DNA from: Orbicella franksi
Taxonomy: Eukaryota
Reading direction: 5' to 3'
Assembly (NCBI GenBank): GCA_964199315.1
Contig: OZ116698.1
Coordinates: 21,886,001-21,950,000 of the forward strand
Length of the DNA stretch: 64,000 bases
Under the pieces are notes generated by a model. That model saw nothing but the letters and a program-made list of their open reading frames with translations. It was not told the origin of the DNA and did not search any database. Every line of letters begins with the position of its first letter. The stretch's first letter is position 1. The position numbers and the translations under genes were made by a program. Below, piece by piece: positions 38,030-50,950 of the stretch.

Positions 38030-40805
38030 CAGGGGGGGCAGCTACCTTTGATCTCGCCGCTTTTCTGGTTTCTATGATTGCCCCAGTAAAGAAATCTGTC
38101 AATCATTTGAGAACCGTAAGGAGCATGCGCATAACGCGAAAATAACGCGAGGAAACCGAAACATGTTTCGCCGCCATTTTTGTTCAGGATTTGCCTTCGA
38201 TTCGATAACTTTTTATTCGCTGTTAGCGATTTTTAACGACAGCTCTGAGACAATCAGGACTAAGGGAATCAAGGACCAGCTTTGTGCTATTTTCCTGGCG
38301 AGCGTGGTTGCATTCTTGGTTGCCTGGAGAGGTTTCCCCGTCTCAGGAAGAAAACGAAGCTGAAGTTTTTATTTTGCTGTGGAAATTTCAAGGTTCATTA
38401 CTTTCCATCTTCACACCGACCAATTATTCTTCCCAAATTTCTATGGAAAATAGCGATGTCGAACTGCTTCATGTCTGCCATTATATATCGCGAAGCCTCC
38501 GAACGCAAGTCTTTAAACTATTTCTCAACTATTCAGACTTGTACATTTAAACTTGAGCTTACATTAAACAAGCTTTTCAGTCTAAAGTTTTTTCCGTCTT
38601 AACTTACTTTCTTATGAAAGACTGCATTTACTTTATGATTTTCCTGTAATGTGTTGAGTCTGAAGACTTTCTTTCGAGTAATTTAATTAAATCATGAAAC
38701 TTGAAGGCAGTTGCAGATCAGTCAACGACATTGAAAATAGCTACCAGTTTGCGTGTCTCGATAATGCAGTGATACATTATAGAGGTTTTGAAACCTCCAT
38801 CCTTTACTGTTCAGTACCAATGTGAACTCGCAAATTTGAAATCATTTTTCTGTTTCTGCATATGGGAATGTCCAAAATGGACTGTTTGCTAGGCACAGAC
38901 TCAATGTGAACCTTTACTAGGTTGTGGTATTTCATTTACAAGTTATTTACCCGTGAAAATAAAGAAAGCAGCTTCTGCTCACATGCTGTGGCATAATTTG
39001 TACTGGTGATAAGCATCAGTTTTATTTGTGTGGTAGGAGAAAGCTCTGTAATACTTCTGGATATCAAAATAGGGCTGCCATATGCTCATCTGCTGAGGGA
39101 GATAACTTATGAAATAGACCCAGGGAAGGAAAATGAGCAATGTTACCCGTAGTTGAGTGCTAGTAATGAGGTAAGCAGGTAAAATGGTCATTCATCCAGA
39201 CAACTAACTTTAACTTGGGCAAACCTGCGTCAACAGAACCTCCACAACATTTGAAATAGGCCAATTTTGAGACTTGGCTTTAAGGCTTCCGAGAATAACA
39301 AGAAAAGACATCAAGCGCAGGGATCAGTAACAGTCATTTAGCCCCCAAGTCTATTAGCCCCTAACCATTTAAACCCCAACCAGGAATCGATAAGCCCCCA
39401 ACCAGAAATAAGAAAAAACTGTATATATTTTTTTTCTTTAAGCATGAGTAAGGGGCTGATCGACTTGTGGTTGGGGGCTAACTGGCTAGGGGCTAATCAA
39501 ATGACCGGTAACCAAAGGATTTGTTTTATTCCTCTAAGGCAAAAAGATGAGTAAGGATGTTAATATATCAACTCATGATTTGGCCTAAAGTGTTGATTAT
39601 CAGTGGCTTGTTCCTGTAATGGAAGGATAGATAAATAAGACAATAAGGCAGACTAATATAAAGTCAGATGAATGAAGTCTTTAATAGTACTTGTCTCAAA
39701 TGACAATTCTAAGTGCAAGAGAAGAGCATGAACCCTTTGAAAACTGACTGAGAGGTGGCATAAAAAATTAGTGCCAGGGAAAGGGCTACAGAAAGAGCAA
39801 CAAAATGAGGTGGTAAAGTCAAACTTCCAGCACACTCTCCATCTCAACGACTTGATTGGACCCATTATTTAAGCCGTTAAGTCGAGAATATCAAAACAAA
39901 AGTCTAAGGATGATTATGAAGAAACAAAAACAAGCAACGACACAACTATTGTGTTGTAACGGCAAAGAAATGGTGATGAATTCTCAATTCTGCCAAGGGA
40001 CCTATCCAGTATTCGTTTTCATAAATAATGCCAGATACTTTGCCTAAAACTGAAACAGACCCCTTGTAGTAACGTAACAGAAAAGCGCCGTACCCACTGC
40101 ACTCACTATGAAACCTGCTTTAACCCTATCAGTTTAATAAGTGCAAACAAAAGGGGTCACGAAGCTGTTAAGAAAAAGCAACCCTTACCATCAGGGAGTC
40201 CGGAAATATAGAAATATTTCAGTTTATGGGATATAATTCATGGTAGGCCACCCATATAGTCTCCCTGCAGTTTGCTTCTATTTACTGCCGTTTGCTCGCG
40301 GTTAGCATTTAAATATTGTTTACTTGCAGTTGGCATTTATTTACTACTGTTTACTTGCGGTTAACATTTAATTACTGCGGTTGCTTGCGGTTAGCATTTA
40401 AGGAGTAAAGGGGAAGGCGATTATATGTGGCCTACCATGAATTATCTGCCCAGTTTATCCCGTTTATAGGACACCCAAAAATGCTCGAATAAAATATTCA
40501 TGCCTGATATCTGGCTCACACTGTGGAGTTCCCGCTTGCGAGGACTCACAGGTTTACATTGGAATATTTATCCCCGATGCCTCGATCAAAATGTCCAAGA
40601 TTTAGATGTAGGAAAACTGGAACTTTTTCGTAGATGTTTGAATGTGAAATATGCACAACGTTTACAAAACTTTACAAACGCATCGCGCTCACGGAAGTCC
40701 GCCATGTTTGTTTTCCACAAACCAGTACTTAGTCTTCCTCGGCCAAATTTCTTAACTGGGGCGATCATAGAAACTCGGTTCCAGGCCTCGCTGCTTGCCC
40801 CCCTG
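38030..40805. mobile_element. Non-autonomous hAT-type DNA transposon (2776 bp)
   Basis: Termini CAGGGGGG(G)CA / TGCCCCCCTG, with an exact 8-bp TSD GATCAACC at 38022-38029 and 40806-40813. Subterminal inverted GTTTCTATGAT(T/C)GCCCCAGT(A/T)AAGAAAT; no transposase ORF. Confidence 0.88.
39326..39513. mobile_element. Small palindromic MITE nested in the hAT element
   Basis: Left AGTAACAGTCATTTAGCCCC and right GGGGCTAATCAAATGACCGGTAACC, with repeated AGCCCC/GGGGCT motifs. Confidence 0.7.
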
Positions 40806-41480
40806 GATCAACCGCTTTTATGTGTTTCTTTTGCGTTCGCAAGTTATCGCGTTATTTGTTTCAATATGTGGTAAAATCCATTAGAATATGACAAAAAACA
40901 AAACGTAACTTACACCAAAACAGAGTTTCTTACTAGCTCCAGACAAATCCGACTGTTCGAGGCTGAAACCTTACAAACAATAGGAACAAAATACAATCAA
41001 ATGACGAAGGCTATAAATAAATATAACAAGGAGTAAAAAACTCGTAATCTCGAACAAAACGTCTTTCGCGTAAAGAAGTTCAATTTCGTGCCATAAGCAA
41101 CGCTACACTGATGACCCTCTAGCCGGAAACTCACAGTGTGTAAGTATCGTAATATAACTTTAGCATTTCGTTCTCAAATTGGGAAACCACCCAACGTTCA
41201 GAACCAACATTAAAGTAAAGGTACAGCAAAGACAATCCAGTAATTATTTGCTCGAGTTGAAAATAGTATATGGCATTTTTAAAAATGGAATATTTTTTCA
41301 ATTTTATCTACAGGAGGCTGTAGTCCTCATAGCAGAAGGAAGCTCAATTTTTTTAAATCTCGATATTCAGAAAACGTCTAGCTTCTGTAAAGCATTCAAC
41401 GCCTTCTGGTTACTTCAATTGTTTCCGTTTTTACAGGAAATAAAATAGTTAATATAAAGAATGGATATATGAGCATGGAA

Positions 41481-41568
41481 TAGTTTCAACTCAGTTGGAC
41501 GTAGCCCGTGCGTGGGTTCTATAATAACATGATATAATGTTACGTCTGGTTCGATTCATTCGCCGACC
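41481..41568 (+). pseudogene. Possible decayed tRNA-Ile(AAU)-like or SINE head
   Basis: CTCAGTTGG (A-box-like), GCGTGG, TAATAAC and GGTTCGATTC (B-box) occur in tRNA order, but with insertions and no intact cloverleaf. Confidence 0.3.
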
Positions 41569-42889
41569 GTGTTCATCAATTTACAAATTTAGCAAGCCTC
41601 TATAGGGGCTAAACTGAAGTGAGGGCAACACTGCCAAAGAATGTTAAGCTTGTTTCGAAAGCAACTTCGTCCTAATTAATCGCAAGCGTGTCAAATTCAC
41701 ATTTTACCTTTGTCGCAGTGTAACAGCCAAAGAAGGATCACAGACCTTTGCTAGTTGTGGGGTAAATTGGACTACCTTATTTGCTGTCAGAAGAAAACAG
41801 TATGTAAATATTGAAAAATATTTCGTTTATAACACTGCAGCTGCTAGCGCGGAAGACCTTTCCGAGACATTTGTAAGGCACTCAGCAAAACAAACTCCAC
41901 AAACAGCCACCCACCCCTTCATTACAGGTTTCGTTTTAAACGGATAGAGAGAAAAGGATTACAGCAAAAACCGTTATTTCTCAAAGCTTCACGCTTAATA
42001 TTATGGTGTTGATGTTATCATCAAGTAGCATCAGCCGTCTGTTCTGAGAAGTGAGGGTGATTATTAATTTTTTTCCACACAAATTGAAAGCACCAACGAG
42101 AGGATCATTTACTTAATTCAGCTGTCGCGTTTTCTAATAACAACAATAAAAAGCCGCAATTACTTCTTGTTATTACTGCATGTATCTTGGAACCTTCCCA
42201 AGGAAATTTAATTTCATTTGTTGCTTGGTGGAATTTCTACCGAGATTGATGAATAATACAAACAGGGAAGGAAATCGCTAAAACTGAAACTGAAAATTCA
42301 AATTAGATTATCACCCAGGAAGCAGATTGTCAATTTTCATTTGACACATATAAGGAACGAAGGCAGGTAATTACAGTACAACTCAATTCTCGATTACAAC
42401 GTAAATTCTCCAGACGAAACCTACAGAAATCCCTGAAAAAAGGTGGAGAGAGTTTAAATGCCAACCTTGGAAGTAAAAGCGTCCTCTTTCATTCTGAGAC
42501 AGTGCGTAAACAAAGTGTCTAAAACAAGAAGAAAAACACATATTAATAAACATCAACAGTGAAAAGCTTAGTTTCAGCACTGAAGGTTCAATTAGCATTT
42601 TGCTGCTTTTATTAAGAACTAATAATCTTGTTGAGTGCAATTAAACTGATTCAAAGAACTAAGAATCTTCTGAAGGGGTGCTTTCAGTTTTTAAACTCTT
42701 TTTAACAAAGTGATCAGAATCATAATTACTTTGTTCGCGACAAATACCCAACAAAAATTTGGAGCTTTCGATGTAGGCTGTCAGTATGCAAATATTGAAA
42801 AGTATTTATTGTATTTATTGTTTCAATTTTAATTAAGAAAAAATAGCACAAACTAAAGACAAAGGAGACCTTCATGTAAATACTACACA

Positions 42890-43400
42890 ATATTAGAAAA
42901 TACGCACGCTGATTGGTTAAAAATCGTGTTTCTATATAACTCGAAAGAAACACAGAACTAGCACGAGCTATTGGCGTTATGATGCCACGAGCAAAGAGAA
43001 TGCACATTTTGATGATCAAAGTAAACAAGTTTTTTTCGTCGCGGAAGTTTCTAAAAGAAATAGAAAACATGTTCTATCGAGTTACAGAAACACTTACGGA
43101 AGTTTGGGGAGCTCGAAAAAGCTGTGGAAACACTCGCTCGAGATTTCTATTGCGTGATATGCGCCCTCGTCAACTATCACGCATAGAAATCGAGAGCGAA
43201 TAATCCAATTATTTTAGTATGAGTTCAAAACTTTATCTAAATCCTCTTCAAAGACACCTCGAAAACGCCAAGAAGTGCCGTTATTTTGTTAACAAGGGTC
43301 CACTGCTACGCTACTCACTATCTATCACAAAATAGATAGTGAGTAGCGTAGCCAATCAGAGAACGACATTCGTGATAGAACGCTAATAGATTTATACTAA
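42890..43400. repeat. Interspersed repeat with two long hairpins
   Basis: GATTGG/CCAATC near the ends, an imperfect 25-bp stem at 43135-43200 and a perfect 21-bp stem at 43305-43352. Confidence 0.6.
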
Positions 43401-43557
43401 AACTCGATAGAAACGTGGTACACGTTTTTCATTTCTTAGATATAACTTTTAGGCAATGGTTTTTTCGCAAGCCCAGTTGTAACATAACATAACATAAACC
43501 AAGAGAGGATGAAACTGCGTGGTAACTTTATCCACGGAAGAATTTTTTGAGAGACAC

Positions 43558-44011
43558 TTAGCGCCAGCGTTTTCATGTTAACGGCAAACCGCAAACGACA
43601 GTTTCAGGTTCGGCGTTTGGCGTTAGACGTTTGTGACCTTTATCGGTTTGGCTAAAAATCGGTTTTTGAAAACATGGAAGAATCATTTCACTTGAAGAGG
43701 TCGTCGCATTGAATTTCCAGACAACAGCAGTGTTTGAGTTTCAAATGGCGACAAAAAGATTTGTTTTCACTCATTGGCTAAAAATTTAATCTAAACTTGT
43801 ACTAAAAAGACTAGTTTACTTATTTTCTTACTGAGCACGTGGCATTAACAAAAAGTCAGGAGTAAAAACGTTCAGGTAAATCACTTACGTGAAAACCTAC
43901 TTCTCGACGTTGAAAACCCGCGTTGAGAACTCCAAACGTGACCGCAGCGCTTGGTCACGCGACTTTTAGCGGTTTGCCGTTTGAGGTTTCCACTGAAAAC
44001 CGTGGTGCTAA
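43558..44011. mobile_element. MITE with TTA/TAA ends (PIF/Harbinger-like)
   Basis: Left TTAGCGCCAGCGTTTTCA...ACGGCAAACCGC; right GCGGTTTGCCGT...TGAAAACCGTGGTGCTAA. Confidence 0.6.
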
Positions 44012-46811
44012 ATGTCACTATTATCTAAAAATATCTTGACAGGGATTACTGTGAGAATAAGGCTATAAGTGGGATTATTTCTCTTACCCTTCATCCTCTC
44101 TTGAATGAAGTCATGGACGAACGAGCATTAGCAAAAGTTAAAGGATTGGATCATGTTCGTTTTAACCCGCAATTTACGTCTTAAGAATTTTTAATTAAAC
44201 AGGTGTAAATAAGTTTCCATTATAATATGCTTTCCAAATAAAAACTCAAGTGTGATAAAATTGCCTTGATTCCTACTTTAGCAACGGCAATCAAATTTCT
44301 TGGAAAACTCAACGACAGAACGAAGGATCTCTTAAAAACGTCCTGAGAAACGTTTTGTTGACATGTAGCGTGCGTTATCGCTAATGACAGCAACCACTGC
44401 TGTGCAAACTAGGAAACGTGACCATGAGAAGATGACTAACAAAACTAAATTGAATGTCATTATCAGTTTACAAAGCTAACCTACTATCTCGGAACTTGTA
44501 CTTGAGTAATGGCAAACCATTTTTCATTTTTCACATTCACAAACTAGTCGTCGATCAGTTGGTGCGTGTTCAGCAAACAATATACTAATTTACCTACTCG
44601 ATATTCATCTTCATCTTTCGATGTTATTAGTTCTAAGAGCTGATGTAATCATTCCAATGACGCTTCAGTTTTTCAATATTAAAACCGGTCTGTTTGCGTG
44701 TCTTTTCATATGTCAATAGGAGTTTGATGTTCATCGATTTTCTCAATGCAAATAGCCACCAAAACACTTCCTGTTTTGTTTCCAAGATTTAGAGAAGCGC
44801 ACAAAAGATGGCGTTATAATGTAACTTTAGGATTTTCCCTTTGTTCATGTTAGACTGGAATCCTCAAGTCAAATACGAACTGTGCCTTCCTCAATAACTC
44901 ATCATCTTTTCACCATGTTTTCAAACACAAGTTGAAAGAAACTACAGTTGATCTCTTCGTTGTTAACCATCACAGGCTATCACAGTCTGTCTATCACTGC
45001 ATTACAATCACCAAAATCACCAAATGTAAGAATCTTGGACGATTCGAACTTTCGCGCCTCGCCGTACAATAGCAGATTCGGCGGCACCAAACACACGTCG
45101 CAAAAAGAATGGAGAAATAACTCCGTTTACACCTGAATTTCGTTAATTCAAACACAAAATTTGTAGCCTTATGAGCGATTTGAACCCGGCTATCTCGACT
45201 GTCGCGTTCTTGAACATTTCTCTCCTTTGCCTAATGCGGAATCTTACTCTACATACTGTCTTACTTACGACCACGTAGTAAATATGACATTTTCCAACGC
45301 CATTTTCCTCGCTAACGCCAATTTCTTCCACCCGAAGCATGGCTGATGTACACAAGAAAATTCATATGATTATTTAAAACTTACCAGTAACCTAATGAAC
45401 CTCGTTGTGGTTAAAAAGAACCCGAAACAGAAGGGGCATTCTCTACAGCCTGCACTTCCTCCTATAGCTTTAAACGTGATATTCCCGAAGTCCCTTGGCG
45501 GGAGGTCTAATGATCACAAAATTAATATGACACCTGTCGTTTTCAACGAGATATAGATATGTTTTCCAACCTATTCGTCATCACCAAATTTAACTGGGCG
45601 TTTGACAAGCACGAACTTCCTCAATAACTCGTTATCTTTTCATCTGGTTTTCAAAAACAAGTTAAAGAGACGACAATTGATTTGCTAGCTGTTAACCATC
45701 ACAGACTATCACAGTCTATCTACCATCATACTTTAGAACATAGCCCAAAGGAAATACGCGCACTGATCCTACCCCCACGTCACTCCCCCACCCCCACCCC
45801 CAAGCAAGGGAAACGGCCATGGAAACCAGGTTGATTTGAAATACTGCTGAGACAATAAACGGCCAGGCGAATGCCTACGCAAACGTTTGCAAGACGTGAA
45901 CGTTAATTACAAAGACCGCTCTAAATTACGTATATTACCATATGATATTTTATTTCGTCCATGCTATGGTCATATGACCTTCTACATGGCAGCGCATAAC
46001 GCCAAACAGCTTGCAATTTTTTGGCACTTTTGTTTCTCAGAACTATTCCCTCATTTTCTCGTTACTTCGTTTTATATGAAGGATTAATAGACGCTCGAAA
46101 CTTCCGTTTTTAAATCTAAAATGGCGGTTAATTTACCTAACGAATAGCCGCCTTTTACAATAACTGTGAAATCTCCCGCACATTCTTTCCTATTTAACAA
46201 TAATTCACGTTGGGCAGTTTTTTTTATCAACTTCGGTGTTAGTTCAATGATTGCTTAACTGCATAAATCGACTAGATGATAAGGAAGTGACAGTTTGATC
46301 TAAAGGAAGCGATTTTAATGAAAGGCGGCAAAATTAATTACGTGGTGTTCACCGGGCAAATTGAACGAAACACGCGAGGAAAGCAAACGAAATACTTGCT
46401 TCTGTTCCTCTTCTTATGGCTAACTGCGACGAACAAACTTTTTCATGATCATGTGTTGATTCATAAGCATGCCGCACCTCGTAGATTGACAACTGTCTTG
46501 ACGCAAACGCTCTCATTCAAGTAAGAAGGCAGACAGAATATAAACACGATAAACCAAATAAACTGACATCTGTTTGTAAAGATTTTATTAATTTCGACTC
46601 TTTCCACCGCTCTCCGATATCATCAGGGACCTTTAGCAACTCGTATTTCTCGAGCGACGACAACGGCGGTGTACGAGAGGGTTTGGATCGAGAACGACAT
46701 TGTTCCCGCCATATACAAACCTTTAGCAGCTTCCTTCACGTCGCGGCGGCATTAGACGGCTACCGCTGAGCACAGTCTTTCCAGAGTTTTTTTTTGAACG
46801 TTTAATTAAAA

Positions 46812-47060
46812 ATGAGAAAGTTTAAAAATATCCGAGATCTGCTATTGCTATCTCACAATGAGAACACTATTTCTGATGAAGAATTCGTTTTACTTTACGA
46901 TTGTTTTCAGTCGAAAAATCCAGATTTCAGTTACGAGTCGTATGATATGGGTCAAGCTGACTGCAAGGCGGAATTTCGAATAGAGAGGGCTGATCTCCCC
47001 CGACTTGCAGATGTACTACAAATTCTTCCTGTGATCAAATGCAGACAAAGGAGCCTATGT
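46812..47060 (+). pseudogene. Harbinger (DDE_Tnp_4/HARBI1-like) transposase, N-terminal fragment
   Basis: MRKFKNIRDLLLLSHNENTISDEEFVLLYD...NPDFSY...CKAEFRIERADLPRLADVLQI...CRQRSLC, cut at 47060. Confidence 0.8.
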
Positions 47061-50000
47061 CACTTGACCAACTGAAAATGTACTGACTCGTCTTCTATTT
47101 ATGTAAGAGCAAGATATGAATAATATAAGTCAAAATGACCAAGAAAATACGTGCAAAGGACGTAAATGGGTCAGCGGTCGTTATGGCGGACGGATGTCGA
47201 TTCTTTACCTCCGTACTTTTGCTGTTTCTTCTCGGTTCCAAACTTTTACTGGGACGGAAAATTGATTGGAACTGTCTTCCTGAAGATTCATTAGGGGATC
47301 AGGCTACCTCTAATCTCGCAAGAGTGATTAATTTGCCGATATATCAACTTCAACATTTAGCGAGGCGGATCTGCCATGATCTTGCTTCTGCTCCACGTAG
47401 AAGGCAATACTTCGCCTCTAGGATTTGTTACTACGCTAACTCGGACAGTACTTTTCATCAAGCTCGTCTCCTCACAAGTGGCGATGTTTCGCTTAACCCT
47501 GGTCCGATAATTAACTCCTCAAGGTGTTCTGTTTGCACGAAGAAAATTGCTAGAAATCACAGAGCCTTGAGTTGCGATCAATGTGAACTTTGGTGTCACA
47601 TGAAATGCGGTCAAGTGAAACTGAGCCAGTATAAATATTATCAGCAAAAGGATCAGTTCAACTGGATCTGTCCGACATTTCTCTTATCCGTATTACCTTT
47701 CGCTGAAGTATCAATTTCGTCGGATGAAGATGGTCATCCGGAGTTGGATAACACGCCCTCTTCAGTCGAACAAGAACCTGCTGTCGACCACACTGATATC
47801 TACAAATCGTTAAAAGACTCCCTTGGCAATAAAGATCTGAAGGTAGGACACATCAATGTAAACGGTCTTATCAACAAGTTAAATGAAGTCCATGTCCTTT
47901 TAAATGAAGTGAAATGGCATATTATGGGTATTACAGAGACTCATCTGACTGCATCTACCCCTGACAATCTACTAAGAATACCTGGTTTTGACTTTGTCAG
48001 GAAGGATAGATCCAGCTCTAAGGGAGGTGGAGTTTTAATTTACTATCAAGAAAGCTTAACTGTCCATCAAGACTTAACATGGGATATTCAAGATTTGGAA
48101 GCAGTTTGGATTAATGTCACCATACGCTCTCAGTCAACCCTAATTGGATGTCTTTATCGTCCACCTAAAGATATGACATTTTTCAGTTCCTTACAGGGTC
48201 TGTTAAACAAGATCTGGGTCAAAAGAAAGAATGTTGTGCTGATTGGTGATCTAAATTCTGATCTACTTCCTGCCCCTAATCAAGATCAAGATTTATCCTT
48301 CTGTGGAACCAAACTTCAAAGGATTCTAAACATATTTGGCTACCTGAATGTTATCAAATCCCCCACAAGAATTACTAAGAACAGCACCACATTACTGGAT
48401 CTTGTCATCACTAGCCCTAATTTAAACTGTCTCAAGTCTGGCTCTATAGACCTTGGTATTTCTGACCATCATCTTGTATATGGAGTTTTTGCTCTCACAA
48501 AAAGCAAACCAAAACCAAAAATTGCCTTTGTTAAAGATCATAAATCCTTAGACTTAAATGAGCTTAAAGCTGATATGGCCAGAGCCCCATGGTACATTAT
48601 TGGTGCTCTTGAAGATAGTGATGATAGTGTATTTTTATGGGAATCTATGTTCAAGAGCATTCTTGACAACCACATTAAGAAAAGAATTGTGAAGATCAGA
48701 GATGGATCCCTTCCCTGGATGAATTCAGAAATTAGGAAGGCTATGAATCGGTGATACAAATACCTAAAAGAAGCTCATGTCAATCCTGGTAATGATGAAT
48801 TATGGTGCCGCTACAAACAGCAACGGAACAAAGCTAAGGCAATGCTAAGAAAGGCAGAGGCAGCATATTGGCTTAACCTTTTTGAAAATGCCAACTCACC
48901 AGGGGATTTTTGGAAGGTTACAAACCGCATTCTGAAGAAAAGCAAGATCAAAAAATGTGGGCCGATACAAGATAGAAATGGAAACATCGTTACTGGAAGC
49001 AAACAGAAGGCTGATTATTTTAATGATTTCTTTTTAAATATAGCCCTAGATCTAACCAGGGATTTAGGCCCACTCACCCCTGATACCACCAACTTTATCT
49101 ATAAAGTCTGCCCTACTACGTCTAGTTTTTCAGTGGAGTGGAACATAGTTCAGGAGATTGTACAGAAATCCATCAACCCAAATAAAGCAATGGGTTTGGA
49201 CCACATTTCCCCAAGAGACCTTAAGTTATGTGAGTCCTCTGTTGTACAAGGGCTCTTTGAAATTTGTATGAAAAGCAGAGCAGATTGCCAATTCCCTATC
49301 AGTTGGAAGAAATCCCAGGTAACTGCAGTTTTCAAAAAGAGCAACAGGTTAGATGTAAATAACTATAGACCTATATCAATCCTAAATGTTCCTAGCAAAA
49401 TTTTGGAAAGGGTGGTTTGTAGATCTTTTGATAATCATTTGACCTCTCACAATCTCCTATCTGATAGACAATGGGGATTTAGGAAGGGTCATTCGACAGA
49501 AAGCCTTTTGTTGCACCTTACTGAAGTGTGGAAAGAAGCCTTGGACGATGGGCTTAAAGTAGGCGTTTTGTTCATTGACTTTAGGAAAGCCTTTGATTGT
49601 GTAGATCATGTCATTCTGGGTGAGAAACGTAAGGCCCTGGGAGTGTCAGATGATATGTGGATATGGCTGATGGATTATTTAGCAAATAGAAGCCAATTGA
49701 CACAAATAGATGGTGCATTTTCAGAATCTAAACCTGTAAAAATTGGGGTCCCTCAGGGTTCCCTGTTGGGACCTAGGCTTTTTATTACTTATGTAAATGA
49801 TCTTCCAGACAGCATTAGAAGTGGCGAAGTTTACATGTATGCTGACGACACTACCATTTATACCATTGGTAATACTACTGATGAGGTTGCTATAGCTCTC
49901 CAGGTGATATTAGATCAGCTACAAACCTGGTGGCAAAAGAATAGATTAATTATTCATGAAGGGAAATGTGATGCATTACTCTTGGATACAAAACCCTTTA

Positions 50001-50950
50001 TTGGCCCTCTGAAGGATTTAGTCTGGGGAGACAAAACCAATGAATACAGATCTTTTTCTGTATGTCTTGGTATAGCCATTGATGTAAGACTCTCCTGGGC
50101 CCATCATGTAAAATCTGTCTCTACCTCATACAGCTCTAAAGTTAAAATGTTAAGACGCATAAGCTTTTTACCAAAAGCCACACTAGAAACAATTTATTAC
50201 AAAACAGTCATCCCAAGCGTCTTATATGGTATGGCTGTGTGGGGCTCTTGCTCAGATTATTTGATGAAAGATCTAGAACTAATCCACCTCAGAGCAGCAA
50301 GACTTATCCATAAACTACCAAGAGACATGGAAGACGAAACAGTACTTATAAATGCAAATTGGATGCCAGTAAAATATTTTTATTGTTCTCGTATTCTAAA
50401 TTTAACGCATAGAGCTTTTTATAATCTAGGTTTAGATGATGTTAATAGTCTAGTTGTTAAAAACGCTTCTTCTTATAGTCTCAGGAAATCGTTAAATGTT
50501 GTTGTATCTAGGCCAAGAACTGAACAGGGCCGTCGTTCATTTAAACACAGAGCTGCAATCGCCTGGAACTCTTTACCTGACTCTGTCAAACAGCTTGAAA
50601 ACCCTCTTTCTTTTAAAAGGAAGATAAAATCGATCAAGACCTATGTCAGAGACATCAGTTTCCAAAAGGAATGCTCTGTAAATTATAATAAGAACCCTGA
50701 ATTTAGGTATTTTTAAATTATTTGATTACTCTTTTTATCGTTATTGTATATATTATTTTAGTTTTATGACAATTGTATTGTAAATTTCTGTTTCTCTTAT
50801 TTAGATTTAGTAGTAGTAGGTCCACATCAGCTGTACAGTTGCTTATTTTAAACCTACTTATCAAATAAACGTATGTATGTATGTATGTATGTATGTACGT
50901 ATGTATGTATGTACGTCCGTACGTATGTACGTACGTGCGTACGTACGTAC
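47061..50950 (+). mobile_element. CR1/L2-type LINE, near full-length ORF2 (2A-like motif, PHD, APE endonuclease, RT)
   Basis: ORFs 47135..48754 and 48842..50716 are one frame broken by a single TGA at 48752-48754. APE motifs GHINVNG, ITETHL, KGGGV, YRPP, GDLN, LDLV, SDH; RT motifs YRPISIL, DFRKAFD, GVPQGSLLGP, YADD. AATAAA at 50864 is followed by a (TATG/TACG)n tail. Confidence 0.95.

Noticed and set aside
45143-45355. 70-aa ORF between the 110-bp direct repeats
   Set aside because: No domain recognised; length is within chance.
48752-48757. Programmed readthrough of the LINE TGA
   Set aside because: The context TGA-TAC is not a known leaky context; CpG decay of CGA is simpler.
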